A stretch of 64,000 nucleotides of DNA from Escherichia coli (GCF_041248615.1 NZ_CP158426.1); one strand, 5' to 3'. Shown: positions 1 to 12,917, counted from the first letter of the stretch. The notes: a model not told the origin generated them from the sequence alone. Program-made: numbers and translations.

Positions 1-44
1 TTACCGAAAGCGATACCCGGGGATGCTAAAATGCCTGAAATCAT
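1..44 (-). CDS. ptsI: PTS enzyme I, 5' end only (gene continues beyond window start)
   Basis: Reverse complement of 1-44 translates MISGILASPGIAFGK, the PtsI N-terminus; lies directly downstream of ptsH as in the ptsHI-crr operon. Confidence 0.85.
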   Translation of the reverse strand, partial: MISGILASPGIAFG

Positions 45-88
45 AACCCTACCTTACTTGTGACTGATTTTTAAAAGAACCCGGGAAA

Positions 89-346
89 TTACTCGAGTTC
101 CGCCATCAGTTTAACCAGATGTTCAACCGCTTTCTGCTCGTCTTCGCCTTCTGCGGAGATAGTCACAACGGTACCTTGAGTCAGGCCCAGAGTCTGCAGT
201 TTAAACAGGCTTTTCGCGCTGGCGCTTTTGCCGTTGGAAGTCACAGTAATTTCAGAAGTGAAGCCCTTAGCTTCTTTTACAAACTGGGCAGCAGGGCGGG
301 TGTGCAGACCGTTCGGAGCGGTAATGGTAACTTCTTGCTGGAACAT
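89..346 (-). CDS. ptsH: Phosphocarrier protein HPr
   Basis: 85-aa [32 protein letters not shown]..., matches HPr as recalled. Confidence 0.95.
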
Positions 347-680
347 TGTATTTCCCCAACTTATAGGTTTAGTGTTGTGGAACTAAAGTCTAGCCTGGCG
401 GTTCGACTTTAGCCTGTATTGTTAGCGCCAGTTTTTAACAGACGCGACGCACGAAGAGCGCAATACAGTCCATTGCTGGCGGGTGTTGACCGCTGACGTT
501 TCGTACGTCATTAAACATTATGCCGCTAAAGGAAGAATTGAACCAAATCATAAAATCGATTCAGCTTTGGCTTTTCCTGTAACGATTAATTTCGCGCATC
601 AAAATAATTAGTCTGGTTAAATACCAGTTCCGACAGGCTGAATCAATGCCAGGAGGGGCGAAAGTTTGAAGCAGGCCACA

Positions 681-708
681 AAAAAGCACCTGAAAAGGTG
701 CTTTTTTA
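681..708. terminator. Bidirectional intrinsic terminator downstream of cysK
   Basis: Hairpin agcacc-tgaaaa-ggtgct flanked by an A-run and a T-run, seen directly in sequence. Confidence 0.6.
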
Positions 709-729
709 CGCATTTTTAACAAGCTGGCA

Positions 730-1701
730 TTACTGTTGCAATTCTTTCTCAGTGAAGAGATCGGCAAACAATGCGGTGCTTAAATAACGCTCACCCGATG
801 ACGGTAGAATAACCACAATATTCTTGTTGGTAAAGCTTTCATCTTCTTGTAGTTTCAACGCCGCAGCAACAGCTGCTCCAGAAGAGATACCTGCAAGAAT
901 ACCTTCTTCTTCCATCAGACGACGCGCGGTAGAAATGGCTTCTTCATTGGTGATGCCAATGACTTTATCGACCAGCTTGAGATCGAGGTTCGCCGGGATA
1001 AAACCAGCGCCAATACCCTGAATTTTATGCGGGCCAGGTTTAATCTCTTCACCTGCCAGCGCCTGGGCGATAACTGGAGAATCGGTTGGCTCAACGGCGA
1101 CAGAGATAAGATCGGTCTTGCCTTTGGTGCCTTTAATGTAGCGGCTGACGCCGGTCAGCGTACCGCCAGTCCCAACGCCAGCAATAAATACATCAACCTG
1201 ACCGTCGGTATCTTCCCAGATCTCCGGACCGGTGGTTTTTTCGTGAATTTCAGGGTTTGCCGGATTGCTGAATTGTTGCAGCAGCAGGTATTTCTCTGGA
1301 TTGCTGGCGACAATTTCTTCTGCTTTTTGGATTGCGCCTTTCATGCCTTTAGCACCTTCGGTCAGCACCAGGTTTGCACCTAACGCTTTCAGCAGCTTGC
1401 GGCGTTCAATACTCATGGTTTCTGGCATGGTCAGGGTGAGTTTGTAACCGCGAGCGGCAGCGACATAGGCCAGTGCAATCCCGGTATTACCGCTGGTCGG
1501 TTCAACCAGTTCAACGCCTGGTTTCAGCACGCCGCGCTTTTCGGCATCCCAAATCATGTTGGCACCGATACGGCACTTAACGCTGAAGCTGGGGTTACGA
1601 GATTCCACCTTCGCCAGAATGCGTCCGTTACCGATGCGATTCAGGCGAACCAGCGGCGTGTGACCGATAGTCAGCGAGTTATCTTCAAAAATCTTACTCA
1701 T
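730..1701 (-). CDS. cysK: Cysteine synthase A (O-acetylserine sulfhydrylase)
   Basis: 323-aa ORF with PLP-enzyme motifs, recognised as CysK. Confidence 0.95.
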   Translation of the reverse strand: MSKIFEDNSLTIGHTPLVRLNRIGNGRILAKVESRNPSFSVKCRIGANMIWDAEKRGVLKPGVELVEPTSGNTGIALAYVAAARGYKLTLTMPETMSIERRKLLKALGANLVLTEGAKGMKGAIQKAEEIVASNPEKYLLLQQFSNPANPEIHEKTTGPEIWEDTDGQVDVFIAGVGTGGTLTGVSRYIKGTKGKTDLISVAVEPTDSPVIAQALAGEEIKPGPHKIQGIGAGFIPANLDLKLVDKVIGITNEEAISTARRLMEEEGILAGISSGAAVAAALKLQEDESFTNKNIVVILPSSGERYLSTALFADLFTEKELQQ

Positions 1702-1885
1702 GGCCTGTCCTTAACTGTATGAAATTGGGATACAACAGGTAGCATACCCGCTCAGAGAATATGCGGAAGTAAGGATTTAGCATATCTATATGCAGAAGGG
1801 AAATAATGACATGCAAGATGGAATAAGGGGCGGCATAAGCCACCCCTGTTTCACACAAGCGGTTTACAAAATAACCGGTAGATTG

Positions 1886-2647
1886 TTACCGCCACATCGC
1901 GTGTTTATCGCGATAGCAATCGACCCACATCGCCGTCGCACCACAAACGGCAACGGGCATGATGAACAGATTAAGCAGCGGGATCATCGTAAACAGGCTG
2001 GTTAAAGCACCAAACTGCATATTGGTGATTTTGCGTGTGCGCAGGGCGGTGCGCATCTCTTTAAACGGCACTTTGTGGTTATCGAAGGGGTAATCGCAAT
2101 ACTGGATGGCTAACATCCAGGCGCTAAACAGGAACCACAGTACCGGCGCGACGGTTTGCCCAATACCAGGGATGAAGTAAAGAATTAGTAATACAATTGC
2201 GCGCGGCAGATACCAGGCAAATTTTTGCCATTCGCGTTTCATGATTCGCGGCACATCTTTCATGATACCGAAAATCCCGGTATCTGGCGGTGTAGCGCCA
2301 GTCAATCGTGCTTCCAGTTGTTCAGCCAATAAACCATTGAACGGAGCGGCAATCCAGTTAGCAATCGTTGAGAAGAAATAGCCAAACACTAACAGCACAG
2401 AGATGACAGCCAGAGGCCACAACAGATAGCTCAGCCATTGTAACCAGTCCGGAACATAACTCATGAGAGTCGGGATCCAGACATCGAGTTGCGTAAAGAG
2501 CCACCAGAATGCGCCCCCCATCAACAAAATATTGACCAGCAGCGGTAAAATAACGAAACGCCGAATCCCAGGTTGCGAGACGAGCTTCCAGCCTTGCGCA
2601 AAATAGTAAAAACCGCTGCGTGGGGCAGATGTGAATGATGAAACCAT
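1886..2647 (-). CDS. cysZ: Sulfate transporter CysZ
   Basis: 253-aa polytopic membrane ORF, recognised as CysZ; conserved position between cysK and zipA. Confidence 0.9.
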
Positions 2648-2876
2648 AATCAGGATGAGCTCCTTTTGACCAATCCCAGGAAAATTCTGCGTATTTTACC
2701 GGGTAATTGCGCAATGGACAGTTAGGATATGTTCGAAAAAACAGCAAAAAGCACGATTTCATCTATCTTTGTGCTGTGAAAGTTAATAGTGCACTTGCAC
2801 TTGAGGTAATCGGCAAATACTCTTAGTGAGTAAATGTTTGCCGTGGTGGCAAGGTGTTAGAACAACAGAGAATATA

Positions 2877-3875
2877 ATGATGCAGGATTTGCGTCTGATA
2901 TTAATCATTGTTGGCGCGATCGCCATAATCGCTTTACTGGTACATGGTTTCTGGACCAGCCGTAAAGAACGATCTTCTATGTTCCGCGATCGGCCATTAA
3001 AACGAATGAAGTCAAAACGTGACGACGATTCTTATGACGAGGATGTCGAAGATGATGAGGGCGTTGGTGAGGTTCGTGTTCACCGCGTGAATCATGCCCC
3101 GGCTAACGCCCAGGAGCATGAGGCTGCTCGTCCGTCGCCGCAACACCAGTACCAACCGCCTTATGCGTCTGCGCAGCCGCGTCAACCGGTCCAGCAGCCG
3201 CCTGAAGCGCAGGTACCGCCGCAACATGCTCCGCGTCCAGCGCAGCCGGTGCAGCAACCCGTGCAGCAGCCTGCCTATCAGCCGCAGCCTGAACAGCCGT
3301 TGCAGCAGCCAGTTTCGCCACAAGTCGCGTCAGCGCCGCAGCCAGTGCATTCAGCACCGCAACCGGCACAACAGGCTTTCCAGCCTGCAGAACCCGTAGC
3401 GGCACCACAGCCTGAGCCTGTAGCGGAACCGGCTCCAGTTATGGATAAACCGAAGCGCAAAGAAGCGGTGATTATCATGAACGTCGCGGCGCATCACGGT
3501 AGCGAGCTAAACGGTGAACTGCTTCTTAACAGCATTCAACAAGCGGGCTTCATTTTTGGCGATATGAATATTTACCATCGTCATCTTAGCCCGGATGGCA
3601 GCGGCCCGGCGTTATTCAGCCTGGCGAATATGGTGAAACCGGGAACCTTTGATCCTGAAATGAAGGATTTCACTACTCCGGGTGTCACTATCTTTATGCA
3701 GGTACCGTCTTACGGTGACGAGCTGCAGAACTTCAAGCTGATGCTGCAATCTGCGCAGCATATTGCCGATGAAGTGGGCGGTGTAGTGCTTGACGATCAG
3801 CGCCGTATGATGACTCCGCAGAAATTGCGCGAGTACCAGGACATCATCCGCGAAGTCAAAGACGCCAACGCCTGA
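2877..3875 (+). CDS. zipA: Cell division protein ZipA
   Basis: Start placed at [21 protein letters not shown] (track ORF starts upstream at GTG 2826); N-terminal TM helix, P/Q-rich linker, C-terminal FtsZ-binding domain. Confidence 0.9.
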
Positions 3876-3904
3876 TACACTTAAGGCAAATTAACTCCTC
3901 TTCG

Positions 3905-3928
3905 AACCCCCGCTTGTCGGGGGTTTTT
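3905..3928 (+). terminator. Intrinsic terminator after zipA
   Basis: cccccg...cggggg stem followed by TTTTT. Confidence 0.55.
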
Positions 3929-3936
3929 AGCATTGA

Positions 3937-5961
<2,025 letters not shown>

Positions 5962-5962
5962 G

Positions 5963-6181
5963 ATGGAAAAAGAGCAGCTGATTGAAATAGCCAATACGAT
6001 AATGCCGTTTGGCAAATACAAAGGGCGTCGCTTAATCGACCTGCCGGAGGAGTATCTTCTGTGGTTTGCCCGCAAAGATGAGTTCCCGGCAGGGAAGCTC
6101 GGTGAGCTAATGCAAATCACGCTGCTGATTAAAACTGAGGGGCTGACGCAACTGGTCCAGCCCCTGAAGCGTCCTCTTTAA
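5963..6181 (+). CDS. ypeB: DUF3820 family small protein
   Basis: 72 codons starting MEKEQLIEIANTIMPFGKYKGRRL, ATG one base after the ligA stop; track ORF 5870-6181 is a 5' over-extension. Confidence 0.8.
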   Translation: MEKEQLIEIANTIMPFGKYKGRRLIDLPEEYLLWFARKDEFPAGKLGELMQITLLIKTEGLTQLVQPLKRPL

Positions 6182-7176
6182 GCTTTATTGGCGCGGCTTT
6201 CCTGCTGCGCCTGTAACTGTTCGGTCTGGTGTTTGTATCGACGCGCCAGCACCGCACAGACCATCAATTGGATCTGATGGAAAATCATCAGAGGCAGCAC
6301 CATCATACCGATCACCGATGTGGGGAAAAGAATGTTTGCCATCGGGATGCCATTTGCCAGACTCTTTTTCGAACCACAAAAGACGATAGTAATTTCATCT
6401 GCCTTATTGAAGCCCAGTCGGCGTGCCATAAAGACGTTAACTACAATCACGATAGCCAGAAGAACGCAGCTGACCACCACGATAAACAGCAATGATCCCC
6501 AGCCAACTTTATGCCAGATACCATTAACGACGGCTTCGCTGAACGCTGTATAAACCACCAACAGAATGGACGTCTGGTCAGTTTTCGCAATCCATTTTTT
6601 ATTGCGCGACACCCAGTCACCAATCCACGGCCGGGAAAGATGCCCCAACACAAACGGCAGCAGCAGTTGCAGCATAATTTTACCGACCTGCTCAAGGCTG
6701 CCTCCCGCACCGTGAACATTCATCACCAGACCAACCAGCAATGGTGAAAGGAAAATCCCCAACAGGCTGGATGCTGACGCAGAACAAACCGCTGCCGCGA
6801 CGTTACCGCCCGCCATTGAAGTAAAGGCGATTGCAGACTGCACGGTAGCGGGGAGAATGCACAAGTAGAGAAAACCGGAGTAGAGCATCGGGTCGACATT
6901 TACCGGTTTCCACCAGGCAAACAGCACGCCCAGAATCGGAAATAGTACAAAGGTGCTGCACATTACCCACAAATGCAGTCGCCAGTGACCACCGCCAGCA
7001 ATAATCGCTTCACGCGACAACTTCGCGCCGTGCATAAAGAACAGCAGGGCAATAGCTGCGGTGGTCAGATTTTCAAAGAAGGGGACGAAATCGCCTCTGG
7101 CCGGAAAGAAAGAGGCCAGCAACACCACCGTGATCAGGGTTAAGGTGAAAGGATCGAGGATACGAAAAAGTTTCAT
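6178..7176 (-). CDS. yfeH: Putative bile acid/sodium symporter family transporter
   Basis: 332-aa polytopic membrane ORF, recognised as YfeH. Confidence 0.85.
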   Translation of the reverse strand: MKLFRILDPFTLTLITVVLLASFFPARGDFVPFFENLTTAAIALLFFMHGAKLSREAIIAGGGHWRLHLWVMCSTFVLFPILGVLFAWWKPVNVDPMLYSGFLYLCILPATVQSAIAFTSMAGGNVAAAVCSASASSLLGIFLSPLLVGLVMNVHGAGGSLEQVGKIMLQLLLPFVLGHLSRPWIGDWVSRNKKWIAKTDQTSILLVVYTAFSEAVVNGIWHKVGWGSLLFIVVVSCVLLAIVIVVNVFMARRLGFNKADEITIVFCGSKKSLANGIPMANILFPTSVIGMMVLPLMIFHQIQLMVCAVLARRYKHQTEQLQAQQESRANKA

Positions 7177-7265
7177 AAAGACTCCAGATGATCGATGGTT
7201 CTATTGTGCTTCTTCCAGTTTGAGAAATAAAATTGATTTATTGCATCCATTCATGAAGAAAACAG

Positions 7266-8192
7266 ATGAATTATTCTTTAAAGCAATTAAAGGTTTTCGT
7301 CACAGTAGCGCAGGAGAAAAGTTTTAGTCGTGCAGGAGAGCGTATCGGCCTGAGTCAGTCGGCAGTAAGTCACAGTGTGAAGGAGCTGGAAAATCATACT
7401 GGTGTTCGCCTGCTGGACAGAACCACGCGTGAAGTGGTGCTTACAGATGCAGGGCAGCAGTTGGCTTTGCGTCTTGAGCGACTGCTGGATGAACTTAACA
7501 GCACGTTGCGCGATACCGGGCGTATGGGGCAACAACTGAGCGGAAAAGTTCGGGTCGCTGCCAGCCAGACCATTTCCGCGCATCTTATTCCGCAATGCAT
7601 TGCTGAAAGTCATCGCCGCTATCCAGATATTCAGTTTGTCCTGCACGATCGTCCGCAGCAGTGGGTGATGGAAAGTATTCGCCAGGGAGATGTCGATTTT
7701 GGCATCGTCATCGATCCAGGCCCAGTGGGCGATCTGCAATGTGAAGCGATTCTTTCCGAGCCTTTCTTCTTGCTTTGCCATCGCGATAGCGCTTTGGCCG
7801 CGGAAGATTATGTACCCTGGCAGGCATTACAGGGAGCGAAATTGGTGTTGCAGGATTACGCGTCAGGCAGCCGACCGCTGATTGACGCAGCGCTGGCGCG
7901 CTATGGTATTCAGGCGAATATTGTGCAGGAGATTGGACATCCGGCGACGCTGTTCCCGATGGTAGCCGCAGGCATCGGCATTAGTATTCTTCCCGCACTG
8001 GCGCTGCCATTGCCTGAAGGTAGCCCACTGGTGGTGAAGCGCATTACGCCGGTGGTGGAACGCCAGTTGATGCTGGTGCGCAGGAAAAACCGTTCACTTT
8101 CCACCGCCGCACAAGCGTTATGGGACGTGGTACGAGACCAGGGCCGTGCTCTAATGGCTGGGCGGGAAGGGGATCCGCTGTATCAGATATAG
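7266..8192 (+). CDS. yfeR: LysR-family transcriptional regulator
   Basis: 308 aa with N-terminal HTH ([38 protein letters not shown]), divergent from yfeH. Confidence 0.85.
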   Translation: MNYSLKQLKVFVTVAQEKSFSRAGERIGLSQSAVSHSVKELENHTGVRLLDRTTREVVLTDAGQQLALRLERLLDELNSTLRDTGRMGQQLSGKVRVAASQTISAHLIPQCIAESHRRYPDIQFVLHDRPQQWVMESIRQGDVDFGIVIDPGPVGDLQCEAILSEPFFLLCHRDSALAAEDYVPWQALQGAKLVLQDYASGSRPLIDAALARYGIQANIVQEIGHPATLFPMVAAGIGISILPALALPLPEGSPLVVKRITPVVERQLMLVRRKNRSLSTAAQALWDVVRDQGRALMAGREGDPLYQI

Positions 8193-8229
8193 AGCTATTC
8201 ATACTGCCGGGAGCCCCGGCAGTAATCAA

Positions 8230-8994
8230 TCAGAAATTAAATTTGATGGAGTAGATTATTGCATCCTGGTAAAAATCTTCGCCCAGTTTGTCATCCGCAT
8301 AACGATACTGAATTCCTGTGGTGATGTGTGAAGTTGCATTCCACCAAAGTGCGACGGCACCGTTCAGACCTTCTTTGCCGCCATTACCTGCCGCGTAGGT
8401 GGCATCACGATCAAACTCGTACTCGTTCCAGTTGGTGAGGGTGAATTTCTCACTGCCCAGCATAAAGCTGTAACCTGCAACCCAACCGGCGACATAACCG
8501 TTATCGCCGGTATAATAGGTTTGGTCTGTATAGCGTTTTGCAAAGAACGGTTTGAACCACCAACCGCTGCCGGTGAAATTGTAGCCGATACCGTACAGGA
8601 ACATATCGTCGTGGAAATTCACGCGATTCGCAGAACCGTAGGTGCCATACGCATGCAAGTAGAAATTAAATCCGGTGTCACCCAGGTAAATACGGTTGGT
8701 ATTTTTAAATGTATAACGCTGCTCGCTACCCGGTTTATCATGACGATCATTATAAAAGTTTTCCCAGTCGAAGAACCCGTACATTTCTCCCCAACTAAAG
8801 TTAGCGCCGCCTTCCAGTTCCAGATATCCAAAATCATCTTTGTGTGATTTGGTCGACGATTTCTCAGTGGTTCTGCTAGTCCAGTCAAGATAATGAATAC
8901 CTATATCAGCAAAACCGCCTTTAAATTCTGCATGGGATACTGCTGGTATCGCCAATACAGAAGAGAGTGTCAGAGTAAAAAGATGTTTTTTCAT
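8230..8994 (-). CDS. yfeN: Tsx-like outer membrane protein
   Basis: 254 aa, signal peptide MKKHLFTLTLSSVLAIPAVSHA, aromatic-rich beta-barrel-like sequence ending in F. Confidence 0.8.
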   Translation of the reverse strand: MKKHLFTLTLSSVLAIPAVSHAEFKGGFADIGIHYLDWTSRTTEKSSTKSHKDDFGYLELEGGANFSWGEMYGFFDWENFYNDRHDKPGSEQRYTFKNTNRIYLGDTGFNFYLHAYGTYGSANRVNFHDDMFLYGIGYNFTGSGWWFKPFFAKRYTDQTYYTGDNGYVAGWVAGYSFMLGSEKFTLTNWNEYEFDRDATYAAGNGGKEGLNGAVALWWNATSHITTGIQYRYADDKLGEDFYQDAIIYSIKFNF

Positions 8995-9242
8995 AGCATA
9001 ATTCCCTATGCCGATCGTTATTAGTTGATTGCTTAATAAAAAGGTTGATTAAAAGCGGCATATTGTTAATGCAAGGGAAAGGAGAGTACCAATACAGTTT
9101 TTTCAGCCTATTAATAGTGAAAAAATATAAATATATCGATATCGAATAACTATCGGATACATGAAAAAAGTGTATTGGTATGAGGTAGGGCAATCTCGTT
9201 ATAAAAAGGCGTTAGATTCCACCCTACAAAAAAAGGATATAT

Positions 9243-10076
9243 ATGTCTCAGGCTCAGTTTTCTCATAACCCACTGTATTGCGTAGATATTATCAAGACTT
9301 ATAAACCTGATTTCACGCCACGAGTGGCCTTTATTTTAGGTTCCGGGCTGGGCGCGCTGGCCGATCAGATTGAGAACGCGGTCGCAATTTCCTACGAAAA
9401 GCTGCCTGGGTTCCCGGTAAGTACCGTACATGGCCATGCGGGTGAGCTGGTGCTGGGTTATCTCCAGGGGGTGCCAGTGGTGTGCATGAAAGGTCGCGGA
9501 CATTTCTACGAAGGTCGTGGGATGACCATCATGACGGATGCAATCCGTACCTTTAAGTTGCTGGGCTGCGAGTTGCTGTTCAGCACCAATGCGGCTGGCT
9601 CACTGCGTCCTGAAGTGGGGGCCGGCAGTCTGGTCGCATTGAAAGATCACATCAACACCATGCCGGGAACGCCGATGGTGGGTCTTAATGATGAACGTTT
9701 TGGTGAGCGCTTCTTCTCGCTGGCGAATGCCTACGATGCGGAATACCGCGCACTGTTACAAAAAGTGGCGAAAGAAGAGGGGTTCCCTCTGACGGAGGGC
9801 GTGTTCGTCTCGTATCCGGGTCCGAATTTCGAGACTGCGGCGGAAATTCGCATGATGCAAATTATTGGTGGGGATGTTGTTGGTATGTCTGTGGTGCCTG
9901 AGGTTATTTCTGCTCGCCATTGCGAACTTAAAGTCGTTGCGGTCTCTGCGATTACCAACATGGCGGAAGGTCTGAGTGACGTGAAGCTTTCTCATGCCCA
10001 AACGCTGGCAGCAGCGGAGCTCTCAAAGCAAAACTTTATTAATCTTATTTGCGGCTTTCTGCGCAAAATTGCCTGA
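9243..10076 (+). CDS. xapA: Xanthosine phosphorylase (purine nucleoside phosphorylase II)
   Basis: 277-aa ORF, PNP family, recognised as XapA. Confidence 0.9.
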   Translation: MSQAQFSHNPLYCVDIIKTYKPDFTPRVAFILGSGLGALADQIENAVAISYEKLPGFPVSTVHGHAGELVLGYLQGVPVVCMKGRGHFYEGRGMTIMTDAIRTFKLLGCELLFSTNAAGSLRPEVGAGSLVALKDHINTMPGTPMVGLNDERFGERFFSLANAYDAEYRALLQKVAKEEGFPLTEGVFVSYPGPNFETAAEIRMMQIIGGDVVGMSVVPEVISARHCELKVVAVSAITNMAEGLSDVKLSHAQTLAAAELSKQNFINLICGFLRKIA

Positions 10077-10136
10077 GTAAAACAACAATAAACGGCCTCA
10101 CTGAGTGAGGCCATATGATGCGACAAGGAAACGATT

Positions 10137-11393
10137 ATGAGCATCGCTTTGCGCTTAAAGGTAATGTCCTTTTTGCAATATTTTATCTGGGGGAGCTGGC
10201 TGGTTACCCTCGGTTCTTACATGATTAATACCCTTCATTTCACCGGCGCTAATGTTGGCATGGTTTACAGTTCCAAAGGGATCGCCGCGATTATTATGCC
10301 TGGTATAATGGGGATCATCGCAGACAAATGGCTGCGTGCAGAACGTGCATACATGCTGTGTCACCTGGTGTGTGCAGGCGTACTTTTTTATGCGGCATCC
10401 GTAACTGATCCGGATATGATGTTTTGGGTGATGTTAGTCAATGCGATGGCGTTTATGCCGACTATTGCGTTATCGAACAGCGTCTCTTATTCCTGTCTTG
10501 CCCAGGCAGGGCTTGACTCGGTGACCGCTTTCCCGCCCATTCGCGTTTTTGGTACGGTGGGGTTCATTGTCGCCATGTGGGCAGTAAGCCTGCTGCATCT
10601 GGAATTGAGTAGTCTGCAGCTGTATATCGCGTCCGGTGCGTCATTGCTGCTGTCGGCTTATGCGCTGACTTTGCCGAAGATTCCGGTTGCGGAGAAAAAA
10701 GCGACTACATCGCTTGCCAGCAAGCTGGGTCTGGATGCCTTCGTGCTGTTTAAAAATCCACGCATGGCTATCTTTTTCCTCTTCGCCATGATGCTGGGCG
10801 CGGTGCTGCAAATTACCAACGTTTTTGGCAACCCGTTCCTGCATGATTTCGCCCGTAATCCTGAGTTTGCTGATAGCTTCGTGGTGAAATACCCGTCCAT
10901 TTTACTGTCAGTTTCACAGATGGCTGAAGTCGGTTTCATTCTGACGATACCGTTCTTTTTGAAGCGTTTCGGTATTAAAACCGTCATGCTGATGAGTATG
11001 GTGGCGTGGACGCTGCGCTTTGGCTTCTTCGCCTATGGCGATCCGTCAACAACCGGATTTATTTTGCTGCTGCTGTCGATGATTGTTTATGGCTGTGCAT
11101 TCGATTTCTTCAATATTTCTGGTTCGGTATTTGTCGAACAGGAAGTTGATTCCAGCATTCGTGCCAGCGCGCAGGGCCTTTTTATGACGATGGTAAATGG
11201 CGTCGGCGCATGGGTTGGCTCGATTCTGAGCGGTATGGCAGTGGATTACTTCTCGGTGGATGGCGTAAAAGATTGGCATACCATTTGGCTGATGTTTGCA
11301 GGGTATGCTCTTTTCCTCGCAGTGATATTTTTCTTTGGGTTTAAATATAACCATGACCCTGAAAAGATAACGCATCGTTCAGTTACACATTAA
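10137..11393 (+). CDS. xapB: Xanthosine permease (MFS nucleoside:H+ symporter)
   Basis: 418-aa 12-TM ORF, recognised as XapB. Confidence 0.9.
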   Translation: MSIALRLKVMSFLQYFIWGSWLVTLGSYMINTLHFTGANVGMVYSSKGIAAIIMPGIMGIIADKWLRAERAYMLCHLVCAGVLFYAASVTDPDMMFWVMLVNAMAFMPTIALSNSVSYSCLAQAGLDSVTAFPPIRVFGTVGFIVAMWAVSLLHLELSSLQLYIASGASLLLSAYALTLPKIPVAEKKATTSLASKLGLDAFVLFKNPRMAIFFLFAMMLGAVLQITNVFGNPFLHDFARNPEFADSFVVKYPSILLSVSQMAEVGFILTIPFFLKRFGIKTVMLMSMVAWTLRFGFFAYGDPSTTGFILLLLSMIVYGCAFDFFNISGSVFVEQEVDSSIRASAQGLFMTMVNGVGAWVGSILSGMAVDYFSVDGVKDWHTIWLMFAGYALFLAVIFFFGFKYNHDPEKITHRSVTH

Positions 11394-11445
11394 AAGGATT
11401 CGCAGCTCTGTTCCTTGGGGCTGCTTTTATGATAAAGGTTAATTA

Positions 11446-11604
11446 GTGAAAGATATTTTATTTTCTTCTGGCGTTGGTTTTGGCATTGGTGCTTTGTTTA
11501 CAATCGTGCGCTTGCCTATTCCTGTACCAAATGTATTACCGGGTATATTATCCATTGTGTTTATGTATGTCGGATATCTGGTGGTGAAATACTTTATGCC
11601 ATGA
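11446..11604 (+). CDS. Small hydrophobic protein, XapX-like
   Basis: 52-codon ORF (GTG start, AAGG 8 nt upstream) VKDILFSSGVGFGIGALFTIVRLPIPVPNVLPGILSIVFMYVGYLVVKYFMP; too short for the ORF track; sits between xapB and xapR. Confidence 0.5.
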   Translation: MKDILFSSGVGFGIGALFTIVRLPIPVPNVLPGILSIVFMYVGYLVVKYFMP

Positions 11605-11644
11605 TAATTTAATACGATGTATTTTTTATATGGAGCACTTAATT

Positions 11645-12529
11645 ATGGAACGCGTATATAGAACAGATCTTAAGTTGCTCCGTTATTTTCTTGCAGTAGC
11701 GGAAGAGTTGCATTTTGGTCGCGCAGCAGCGCGTTTAAATATGTCTCAGCCTCCGCTCAGTATTCATATTAAAGAGCTGGAAAATCAACTCGGCACGCAG
11801 CTTTTTATTCGCCATTCGCGCAGCGTCGTACTGACACACGCGGGCAAAATCTTGATGGAAGAATCGCGTCGATTGTTGGTGAATGCAAATAATGTATTGG
11901 CTCGGGTTGAACAAATAGGTCGGGGAGAAGCAGGGCGGATTGAACTCGGGGTTGTGGGAACGGCAATGTGGGGACGGATGCGCCCGGTTATGCGGCGATT
12001 CCTTAGAGAAAATCCTAACGTTGAAGTTCTGTTTCGCGAAAAGATGCCTGCGATGCAAATGGCCTTGCTGGAACGCCGCGAACTTGATGCCGGAATCTGG
12101 AGAATGGCGACAGAACCACCGACTGGTTTTACCAGCTTACGGTTGCATGAATCGGCGTTTCTGGTGGCGATGCCTGAAGAGCATCATCTCTCATCATTTT
12201 CCACCGTCCCGCTGGAAGCGCTAGGTGACGAGTATTTCGTTACAATGCCGCCCGTGTACACTGACTGGGATTTTTTGCAGCGAGTTTGCCAGCAGGTGGG
12301 ATTTTCACCGGTTGTTATTCGCGAAGTTAATGAACCGCAAACGGTACTCGCCATGGTCAGTATGGGTATTGGTATCACATTGATAGCGGACAGCTACGCG
12401 CAGATGAACTGGCCCGGTGTCATATTCCGTCCGCTCAAAGAACGCATCCCGGCAGACTTATATATTGTTTATGAAACGCAGCAGGTGACGCCCGCGCTGG
12501 TTAAACTGCTGGCGGCGTTGGCGCAGTAG
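11645..12529 (+). CDS. xapR: LysR-family activator of xapAB
   Basis: 294 aa from MERVYRTDLKLLRYFLAVAEELHFGRAAARLNMSQPPLS; track start 11630 is an over-extension. Confidence 0.9.
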   Translation: MERVYRTDLKLLRYFLAVAEELHFGRAAARLNMSQPPLSIHIKELENQLGTQLFIRHSRSVVLTHAGKILMEESRRLLVNANNVLARVEQIGRGEAGRIELGVVGTAMWGRMRPVMRRFLRENPNVEVLFREKMPAMQMALLERRELDAGIWRMATEPPTGFTSLRLHESAFLVAMPEEHHLSSFSTVPLEALGDEYFVTMPPVYTDWDFLQRVCQQVGFSPVVIREVNEPQTVLAMVSMGIGITLIADSYAQMNWPGVIFRPLKERIPADLYIVYETQQVTPALVKLLAALAQ

Positions 12530-12605
12530 ATGAGAGGCACGGGAACTGCCGGACATAGTTGGTCTGATAAGCGAAGCGCATCAGGCAATTTCGCAAATTG
12601 CAGAT

Positions 12606-12636
12606 AGCAAAAAAGCGCCTTTAGGGCGCTTTTTTA
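12606..12636. terminator. Bidirectional terminator (tRNA operon / xapR)
   Basis: aaaaaagcgcc-ttta-gggcgctttttt hairpin with flanking A and T runs. Confidence 0.6.
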
Positions 12637-12639
12637 CAT

Positions 12640-12715
12640 TGGTGGGTCGTGCAGGATTCGAACCTGCGACCAATTGATTAAAAGTCAACTGCTCTACCAA
12701 CTGAGCTAACGACCC
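12640..12715 (-). tRNA. lysV: tRNA-Lys (anticodon UUU)
   Basis: Reverse complement reads GGGTCGTTAGCTCAGTTGGTAGAGCAGTTGACTTTTAATCAATTGGTCGCAGGTTCGAATCCTGCACGACCCACCA. Confidence 0.9.
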
Positions 12716-12719
12716 GAAG

Positions 12720-12795
12720 TGGTGGGTGATGACGGGATCGAACCGCCGACCCCCTCCTTGTAAGGGAGGTGCTCTCCCAGCTGAGCTAATCACCC
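12720..12795 (-). tRNA. valY: tRNA-Val (anticodon UAC)
   Basis: Reverse complement reads GGGTGATTAGCTCAGCTGGGAGAGCACCTCCCTTACAAGGAGGGGGTCGGCGGTTCGATCCCGTCATCACCCACCA. Confidence 0.9.
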
Positions 12796-12841
12796 ACTTC
12801 GGTACTTCACATTGTTACAAGAAATTTAGCTGGCGAGAAAG

Positions 12842-12917
12842 TGGTGGGTGATGACGGGATCGAACCGCCGACCCCCTCCTTGTAAGGGAGGTGCTCTCCC
12901 AGCTGAGCTAATCACCC
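12842..12917 (-). tRNA. valX: tRNA-Val (anticodon UAC)
   Basis: Second identical 76-nt tRNA-Val unit. Confidence 0.9.

Noticed and set aside
3012-3478. Several overlapping ORFs of 66-103 aa on both strands inside zipA
   Set aside because: They fall in the GC-rich, codon-repetitive P/Q linker of zipA, where stop codons are rare in all frames; they are low-complexity and have no start context
12540-12600. Palindromic ctgataagcgaagcgcatcagg between xapR and lysV
   Set aside because: Looks like a degenerate REP-type palindromic unit common in E. coli intergenic regions; nothing specific to report
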